Assembly (NCBI GenBank): GCA_050049155.1
Contig: JASFWR010000001.1
Location: 1-42,176 of the forward strand
Direction of reading: 5' to 3'
DNA from: Planctomycetota bacterium
Lineage (GTDB): Bacteria > Planctomycetota > UBA1135 > GCA-002686595
DNA: 42,176 bases
The notes below the pieces were generated by a model. The model saw nothing but the letters and a program-made list of their open reading frames with translations, made no database searches and had not been told where the DNA came from. This document shows positions 35,029-42,176 of this stretch, in pieces. Numbering within the stretch: position 1 is the stretch's first letter; the number at the start of each line of letters is the position of its first letter. The position numbers and the translations under genes were made by a program.

Positions 35029-36074
35029 GACGTCTCGTACTCCGTGCTGCTGAGGAGCGTGTAGAGGACGAGGGTGGGTCCGTCCCCCGTCTCGGAGGCG
35101 ACGTGCGAGAACGCCGCCTGTTCGTCCGCGGTGGGCGCCCGGCCCAGGAGCCGCTGGAAGGTGTCACGCACCCACGCCGCGGGGTCCTCGAGCTCGCCGC
35201 CGCGGGGCGGGCGGGTGCCCTCCGCGTCCAGGAGCATGCGGGCGATGGTGGAGCGCAGGGGCGCGGGGTCCCCGAGCCCGTCGAGGGCGCTGCGCAGCGC
35301 CTCGGTGATGTCCGCGTCGGGGGGCGGACCGCCGAGGTCCACGTAGATCGCCCGGACCCAGGTCCGGTTGGACATCGGCGCGCCCTCCGCCACCCGCGCG
35401 GCGTACGCCTCGGAGTCCAGCCACTCCCGGACGAGCTCGGCGAAGGCCCGCGGGTCCCGGTGGAGGCGCTTGCCGGCCCGGGCTCGATCCCGCTTCGGCA
35501 TGGGCCTGCGGGTCAGGCGCTCGAACTCACGGCCCACGAGGAAGCGCGCCGCGTCCTTGTGCTGGGCGGCGATCTGCACCACGTCCGACTGGTTCTCGGC
35601 GCGGGTCCCCATGAACACGCCGGCGCGCCCGTCGTAGGCCCCCTTGCCGATCTCGAGCTCACGCTTCGACGACTGCACCTCGATGCCGCAGAACTGCTCC
35701 ATGACCACGGTCACGAACGTGTCCGCGCCGGGGTTGCGGAGGTCGAAGCTGGTGGACAGGCCGATGCGGTGGATGGCCTCCCCCACCGTCATGGTCCCCT
35801 TCAGGAGCCGGGCGGGGAGCTCGTCGAGGGAGGTGCCGACCGGCCGGAACTGGTCGATCAGCATGAAGAAGTAGAGCTGCTCGTCGAGCCAGTGCCGCCA
35901 GGCCAGCTCGGTCCCGAGGAGGTCGCCCACGACCTCACCCCGTGGCCGGCCCAGCCACCGCGCTCGCTCCCCGGCGAGGGGCGGGCGGCCGACGAGGTCG
36001 ATGCACAGGGCACGGAGCCACCGGTCGTCGGTGGCCGCTCCGGCGGCGGGGTGCGCTAGGTGGGCCTCGTGCAT
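35025..36074 (-). CDS. DUF1549/DUF1553-like helical protein
   Basis: Start ATG 36074 (inferred). DDRWLRALCIDLVGRPP resembles the DUF1549 'RRxxLDLxGRxP' motif and WVRDTFQRLLGRAPTADE resembles the DUF1553 'LxRxPTxxE' motif. ATGA overlap with the next gene. Confidence 0.6.
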   Translation of the reverse strand: MHEAHLAHPAAGAATDDRWLRALCIDLVGRPPLAGERARWLGRPRGEVVGDLLGTELAWRHWLDEQLYFFMLIDQFRPVGTSLDELPARLLKGTMTVGEAIHRIGLSTSFDLRNPGADTFVTVVMEQFCGIEVQSSKRELEIGKGAYDGRAGVFMGTRAENQSDVVQIAAQHKDAARFLVGREFERLTRRPMPKRDRARAGKRLHRDPRAFAELVREWLDSEAYAARVAEGAPMSNRTWVRAIYVDLGGPPPDADITEALRSALDGLGDPAPLRSTIARMLLDAEGTRPPRGGELEDPAAWVRDTFQRLLGRAPTADEQAAFSHVASETGDGPTLVLYTLLSSTEYETS

Positions 36075-36307
36075 GGGGCGTGGGACGGGGTCCGCGCCCT
36101 GTCCTGCCCTCACTCTAGTCCCGGGGGCCGGATTTGAACGAGTGCTTCTTCGGGCACACCTCGGGCTCCCCCCCTCCCGGCGCCGAGGAGCGACACGGGG
36201 CGGTGGAGCGCCCCGGAACGGGGCGCGGCCGCGGCCCCTGGTCGGGACCGCGGCCACGCGGGAGGGTGGGGCGCTCGACGCTCGCTCGCCGCCCTCGTGG
36301 GCTCCGC

Positions 36308-37477
36308 TCAGAGGAACGGGTCGATGGCCTTCCGCAGGTGCGGGGTCTTCATCTTGGCGATCGCCCGGACCTGGATCTGCCGGATGCGCTCGAGGCTGAC
36401 CCCGAGCATGGCCGCGACCTCGCTGAGGGTGTGCTCCCGGGGCTGGTTGATGCCGAACCTCAGCTCGATCACGAAGCGCTCACGCTCCGAGAGGCGGTCC
36501 ATGGCGTCGTGGATCCCGTCCTCGAGGGTGATGTCCTCCATGTCGGTGGAGTAGACGGTGCCCTCCTCGGCCTGCCCGAGGACCTCCGCGAGGCCGCCCG
36601 AGGCGTCGTCACCGGCGCTGAAGGGCGAGTCGATGGAGAGGGTCGAGCGGCTCGCCGCGAGCGCGCTCTCGACGAGGTGCTCCCCGAGGTCCGCCTCCTC
36701 CGCGATCGCCGACACCGGGGCGTCCGGCCCCAGCTTGTCGATGGCCGCGCGCACGTGCTTCATGGCCTTCTGCAGGTACACCGGTACCCGGACCGTCTGG
36801 CCGTTGTTGTAGAGGTAGCTGCGGTACGCCTGGTTGAGCCAGTGGACCGCGTAGGTTCGGAAGAGGAGGCCGCGGCGCCAGTCGAAGCCGTCCACCGCCC
36901 GGAAGAGGGCCGCGGATCCCTCCTGGATCAGGTCCAGGCGGGACACGCTCAGGTGGGCGTAGCGCTCCACGTTGATCACGGCGAGGTAGAGGTTGCGCTC
37001 CACGAGCTCGGTCCGCATGTGGTGCAGTTCGAGCCAGCGGCGGCAGACGTCCTCGGGCAGCGAGCACGCGGCCGACTCCACGTTCCGGTAGGTGGCCGGG
37101 TCGTACTTGATCTGGCCGTCGATGTCCTCCTCGGTGAGGCCGGCGGACTTGAGGGCGTGCTCGAGGCGGAAGCGAGCGAACTCGATCCGGCGGGCGTGTC
37201 GCGCCTCCTCGACCCGGTCCATGATCGTGAGCGTCTCGATCTCGGCCCGGAGCTGCTCCTCGATGGAGGCGACGCCGCTGCGGGCGGTCGACGGGTCCGA
37301 CGGCTCGGTGTCCTTGCGCCAGGCGGACGGATCCCGGAGCTCGAGGTCGACCCCCTGGCGGTTCCAGTCCTGGGCGCGGCGCTTCGTCTTCGCCGAGAAG
37401 CGCTCGGGGTCCTCCGCGTACCGATCGAGGATGCGGTCGAGGTCGTCGAGGCTCTTGATGGATCGAGTCAGGGTCAT
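36308..37477 (-). CDS. RNA polymerase sigma-70 factor, RpoD/RpoS-like but divergent (non-primary)
   Basis: Region 2 LVERNL..., DLIQEG, AVDGFDWRRG..F.TYA; region 3 TVRVPV, LSIDSP; region 4 LSERERFVIELRFGI...TLSEVA...VSLERIRQIQ. Confidence 0.92.
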   Translation of the reverse strand: MTLTRSIKSLDDLDRILDRYAEDPERFSAKTKRRAQDWNRQGVDLELRDPSAWRKDTEPSDPSTARSGVASIEEQLRAEIETLTIMDRVEEARHARRIEFARFRLEHALKSAGLTEEDIDGQIKYDPATYRNVESAACSLPEDVCRRWLELHHMRTELVERNLYLAVINVERYAHLSVSRLDLIQEGSAALFRAVDGFDWRRGLLFRTYAVHWLNQAYRSYLYNNGQTVRVPVYLQKAMKHVRAAIDKLGPDAPVSAIAEEADLGEHLVESALAASRSTLSIDSPFSAGDDASGGLAEVLGQAEEGTVYSTDMEDITLEDGIHDAMDRLSERERFVIELRFGINQPREHTLSEVAAMLGVSLERIRQIQVRAIAKMKTPHLRKAIDPFL

Positions 37478-37626
37478 GGTGTGTCTCCGGGGCGGACCGT
37501 CGCGGCCTGGCGGTGCGTCGCTCGGACGCCTGTCAGGGTGTTGGTGCTAGGGGCCGTCCGCTTTCACTCGGAGCCTCTCGAGGACCGCCCGCGCGGCGGG
37601 TCGAGGGGCTCGTGGGTACAAGCCAG

Positions 37627-37643
37627 TGCGAGCGCCGTGCCGA
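37627..37643 (-). promoter_or_regulatory. Candidate sigma-54 (-24/-12) promoter upstream of the sigma-70 gene
   Basis: Minus strand TCGGCACGGCGCTCGCA has GG-N10-GC spacing and the GGCACG core, with 2 mismatches to TGGCACG-N4-TTGC; about 150 nt upstream of the ATG. Confidence 0.35.
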
Positions 37644-37899
37644 AGCGTTTTCTCCGACTTCCCCCCCTGGGGCGACGACCGTCCGCCTTGCGCGCATTGG
37701 TTCGTCCCTCCTACGCACGCTGACGCCGAATAGTTGGGTTCTTGTCCTGTGAAGACTCTGATCGGAGCCGGTTATGACCCGCCGTCGCACCCCCCAGGGG
37801 GGCTCGCGATACGAGAGGCTTACGGCGCCACGCGGCGGGTCGGATCGGGACGCTCCTGCCATCCGGGCAGGGAGCCGCCGCTCCGCCGCGGGGACCGTC

Positions 37900-37939
37900 A
37901 AAAGGGCAGCGGCCGCCACCCTTGGAGGGTGGCGGCCGC
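37900..37939 (-). terminator. Intrinsic terminator after acyl-CoA dehydrogenase
   Basis: Perfect 14-bp inverted repeat GCGGCCGCCACCCT-TGG-AGGGTGGCGGCCGC, followed on the minus strand by TGCCCTTTTG. Confidence 0.7.
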
Positions 37940-38028
37940 CGGGCCCCTCTCGGGGTCGTCGGACGCGGTCGGTGGACGCGGGTCGGCACGGCGAAAGGTC
38001 GCCCTGCGCTGCCCTGCCGCGTGCGCCG

Positions 38029-39264
<1,236 letters not shown>

Positions 39265-39385
39265 GGCGTTCTGCGCGGGGGTTCGAGGGACCTTGGGCGC
39301 CCCGATCGGGGCGAGGGGGCCGCGCTTCGGGCGGAGAGTCTAAGGGCCCGGACGGGGGCCCCGGCGTCCAATCCGCGTCAGACCC

Positions 39386-40132
39386 TCAGGAACGTGCGAC
39401 GACGACCTGCCGATCGGCCTCCCCCGGCCGGAAGGGCTCCCCCGCGAAGCTCCCGGCCCGCGCCTGGACCGCCAGGCCCCGGGCCGTCAGCAGGGCGTCG
39501 AGCTCGTCGGGCTCGTACATCCGGACCTCCTCTCGCCAGCGGCGAACCTCCCCGCTGGCGAGGGTCAGCTCGACCTCCTTCACCACCCGGCGCCCGCCGT
39601 CCTCCAGCGCCCGGCGCGACTCCAGGACGATCCCGTCCCGCTCCTCGCGCGAGCTGGGACGCAGGCCGCGCCGAATGGCCGCGGGGTTCATCAGGTCCAT
39701 GACGAGCACGCCCCCCGGCCTGAGGACCCGGGCCATCTCGTCCAGGGCCTCCCCGTCCCCGGCGTCCCCGAGGTAGCCGAACGAGGTGAAGAGGTTCACC
39801 ACCGCGCCGAACGCGCCGTCGGCGAAGGGGAGCGCCCGCATGTCCGCCTGGGCGAGTCGCCCGGCGAGGTGGCGCTCCGCGCCCTCGAGGTCGGCGGACG
39901 ACACCAGCAGGTCGTGGGACAGGTCGATCCCGTGGACGTCGAGCCCGGCCTCCGACAGGGCGAGGCTGTGGCGGCCGAAGCCGCAGCAGTCGTCGAGGAC
40001 GGGCCCCTCCAGGTCCACCAGGACGTCAGCGGCGAGCCACCGGACCTCCGCGCGCGCCGCGGCGAGGTCCCGGTGCGCGTACACGTCGCGGTAGTCGCTG
40101 CGGAAGGCCTCCACGTACCAGGGGTCGCTCAT
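39386..40132 (-). CDS. Class I SAM-dependent methyltransferase
   Basis: Start ATG 40132. VLDDCCGFGRH, GIDLS, ADMRALPF, NLFTSFGY, LRPGG. Confidence 0.9.
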   Translation of the reverse strand: MSDPWYVEAFRSDYRDVYAHRDLAAARAEVRWLAADVLVDLEGPVLDDCCGFGRHSLALSEAGLDVHGIDLSHDLLVSSADLEGAERHLAGRLAQADMRALPFADGAFGAVVNLFTSFGYLGDAGDGEALDEMARVLRPGGVLVMDLMNPAAIRRGLRPSSREERDGIVLESRRALEDGGRRVVKEVELTLASGEVRRWREEVRMYEPDELDALLTARGLAVQARAGSFAGEPFRPGEADRQVVVARS

Positions 40133-40278
40133 GCCCGGGAGGATACGCCGCCCGCCCCTCCGTCGCACCCGGCGGGCGGACCATGCGGGCGGGCCGCCGA
40201 GACGGTAGTCTCCCGACACCGGAGAGGGCCCCGTGCGTCGAGCAGGGGCGACTCACCGGATGGAGGAGGGCCAGGACC

Positions 40279-41481
40279 ATGAGCGAAGCCGCTGCCGAAT
40301 CGATCTGCGATCGGGTCACCCGCGAGGGGCGCGAGGCCGCCCAGCTGGCGAGCTACGCCATGCGGAGCGTCGACTCCATCGGGCGCCGTCACCCCGAGGC
40401 CCCCGACCCACACCGGACGATCTTCGAGCGCGACCGGGACCGGATCACCCACTCCACCTCCTTCCGGCGGCTCCAGTACAAGACGCAGGTCTTCCTCAAC
40501 GACGAGGGCGACCACCACCGCACCCGCCTCTCCCACAGCCTCGAGGTGTGCCAGGTGGCGCGGAGCGTCGCCGGGGTGCTGCGCTTGAACGAGCCGCTCG
40601 CGGAGGCGCTGAGCCTCGCCCACGACATCGGCCACCCCCCCTTCGGCCACCGCGGCGAGTGGGCCCTCGACGAGTGCATGCGCGAGCACGGCGGCTTCCG
40701 GCACAACGCCCAGGTCCTGCGGGTCGTGGACGTGCTCGAGCGCCGCAGCCCGGACCACCCCGGCCTCAACCTGACCCGGGAGCTGCGCGAGTCGCTCCTC
40801 AAGCACGAGAAGTCCGAGGACTGGCCCGAGGAGTTCGGTCCGAAGCCCCGGCACCCGCTCCTGGAGGGGCAGGTCGTCGACCTGGCCGACTCGACCGCCT
40901 ACAACAAGCACGACATCGAGGACGGCCTCAGCGCGGGCATGTTCACCGAGGAGACCATCGAGGCGGAGGTGGAGCTGTGGCGGGTGGCGCGCCAGCGCAT
41001 CGAGGAGCGGCACCCGGGCTTCCTGCGGCAGAGCCCGGCCGACCCGCGGCTGCAGATCGGCCGCACGGCGAACGAGGTGATCGGCATCTGCATCGTCGAC
41101 CTGTGCCGCGCCACGCTCCGCAACGTCCAGGACAGCGGCATCGAGACCACCGCGGACGTTCGGGCCCACCAGACCATGCTCTGCAGCCACTCGCGCGAGG
41201 TGCAGCCGATGGTCGCCGAGCTCCAGCGCTTCCTCTACAAGCACTTCTACCGCCACCCCTACCTCCAGGCCTTCCGGGTCTGGGCGCGGACCGTGATCAG
41301 CGGGCTCTTCGAGGCCTACGTGAGCAACCCGTCGGAGATGTCCACCTGGTTCCACGACTGGGCCCGTGAGGTCGGGACCGAGCGCGCCGTCTGCGACTAC
41401 ATCGCCGGCATGACCGATCGATTCGCGGTCCAGGAGCACGTTCGGCTCATCGGCCCGGTGCCCCCGCTCGAAAGACCTTGA
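40279..41481 (+). CDS. dgt: Deoxyguanosinetriphosphate triphosphohydrolase (HD superfamily dGTPase)
   Basis: RDRDRI...FRRLQYKTQVF, RTRLSHSLEV, AHDIGHPPFGH.GE, ADSTAY..HDIEDG, DYIAGMTD. Start ATG 40279. Confidence 0.95.
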   Translation: MSEAAAESICDRVTREGREAAQLASYAMRSVDSIGRRHPEAPDPHRTIFERDRDRITHSTSFRRLQYKTQVFLNDEGDHHRTRLSHSLEVCQVARSVAGVLRLNEPLAEALSLAHDIGHPPFGHRGEWALDECMREHGGFRHNAQVLRVVDVLERRSPDHPGLNLTRELRESLLKHEKSEDWPEEFGPKPRHPLLEGQVVDLADSTAYNKHDIEDGLSAGMFTEETIEAEVELWRVARQRIEERHPGFLRQSPADPRLQIGRTANEVIGICIVDLCRATLRNVQDSGIETTADVRAHQTMLCSHSREVQPMVAELQRFLYKHFYRHPYLQAFRVWARTVISGLFEAYVSNPSEMSTWFHDWAREVGTERAVCDYIAGMTDRFAVQEHVRLIGPVPPLERP

Positions 41482-41644
41482 GGGCGGGGGCCTCGGCACC
41501 GACACCGGCGCCAACCTCAGAGCTCACCTGGGGCCCCCCTGAGGGCCACCCTCCGGCTCGCCCTCCCCTCATCCATCCCCTTCACCCCTCTCCCCCACCG
41601 TCCGCCGGGGCCTCGCTCCACGGACCCCACCCCCAGCATCTGGC

Positions 41645-41995
41645 ATGGCGAAGCGAATCGACTGGATCTACCACCGCAAGGGCTGAACGAGCTGCAAGCG
41701 CGCCGACGCGTTCCTCGAGAACGCCGGCGTCACCGTCCGTGAGACGGTGAACGCAGCCAAGGACCGCATCGGAGAGGCCGACCTGGCCGCGCTCTTCGAG
41801 GGCAGCCGGAAGGTGACCGCCGCGAAGGGGAAGAAGGTGGTGGTCCTCGACCTCGCCAAGGACCCCGATGCCATGGAGCAGCTCGCCTCGATCGCCCTCG
41901 GGCCCACGGGGAACCTCCGCGCGCCGAGCGCCCGGATCGGGAAGAACTGGCTCATCGGCTTCAACGAGGACGAGTACGCCAAGGTCTTCGGGTAG
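41645..41995 (+). CDS. ArsC/thioredoxin-like selenoprotein with UxxC motif (in-frame UGA at 41684-41686)
   Basis: ATG 41645 reads MAKRIDWIYHRKG-UGA-TSCKRADAFL..., in frame with track ORF 41747..41995 (LGPTGNLRAPSARIGKNWLIGFNED). The UGA sits at the first Cys position of an ArsC/Spx-type CxxC. 116 aa. Confidence 0.85.
41688..41717 (+). promoter_or_regulatory. Candidate bacterial SECIS element
   Basis: Lower stem CGAG/CTCG; upper stem AGCGCG/CGCGTT with loop CCGA, starting at the 11th nt after the UGA. Confidence 0.55.
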
Positions 41996-42176
41996 GCCTG
42001 CAGAGGCCTGCCGCGGGCTCCAGGGATGGCTCCACCTCTGGACCCATCCATGAACCCATCTCCGGGCCCCCCTGGCCCCGCCCGGCGCCCGGGCTGTCTC
42101 CATGCGGGGCAGCCCGGGCGTCTCCGTGTGCCGGGAACGTGCAGCGCGGGGGTAGAGGGCCCCTCCGCGTCAAGGC

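Noticed and set aside
40279-41481. dGTPase as an anti-phage defence gene
   Set aside because: It looks like the ordinary short housekeeping Dgt, and there are no defence or mobile genes nearby.
41482-41644. C/T-rich tract upstream of the selenoprotein
   Set aside because: No discrete repeat unit or convincing structure; similar pyrimidine-rich leaders precede other genes in this window.
41961-42176. Short ORFs and ACCCATC repeats at the window end
   Set aside because: No recognisable protein motifs, the repeats are too short, and the context is truncated.

Overview
A very GC-rich bacterial window (roughly 70-75% GC by eye). The DUF1501-like and DUF1549/DUF1553-like genes suggest a planctomycete-like organism, but this is an inference. 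About 32 CDSs and one tRNA are supported; most long ORFs in the six-frame track are GC-driven shadow frames. Left part: hrpB (truncated by the window edge), a DUF1499 lipoprotein, a membrane-anchored coiled-coil/HhH protein, a methyltransferase-GT87-rmuC run, and a tightly packed tRNA-Ile2(CAU) > cytochrome P450 > FAAL-ACP > DUF374 (LpxJ-like) acyltransferase unit. Middle: DinB-like protein, sialidase, M20 peptidase, PHP metallohydrolase lipoprotein, an Hpt gene with two tandem HDOD-REC-GGDEF cyclases, and a full 2-oxoacid dehydrogenase/lipoate operon with two E1-alpha paralogs. Right part: a translationally coupled three-gene operon (DUF1549/1553-like protein, Tat-exported DUF1501-like protein, and a ~1300-aa decaheme cytochrome c fused to LVIVD repeats and about 8-9 EF-hands), a divergent sigma-70 factor, acyl-CoA dehydrogenase, a methyltransferase, dGTPase, and an ArsC-like UxxC selenoprotein that the ORF track truncates at an in-frame UGA. 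The best candidates for an undescribed system are the decaheme-LVIVD-EF-hand operon and the P450/FAAL-ACP/LpxJ-like lipid-tailoring unit. No integrase, transposase or CRISPR array was seen.
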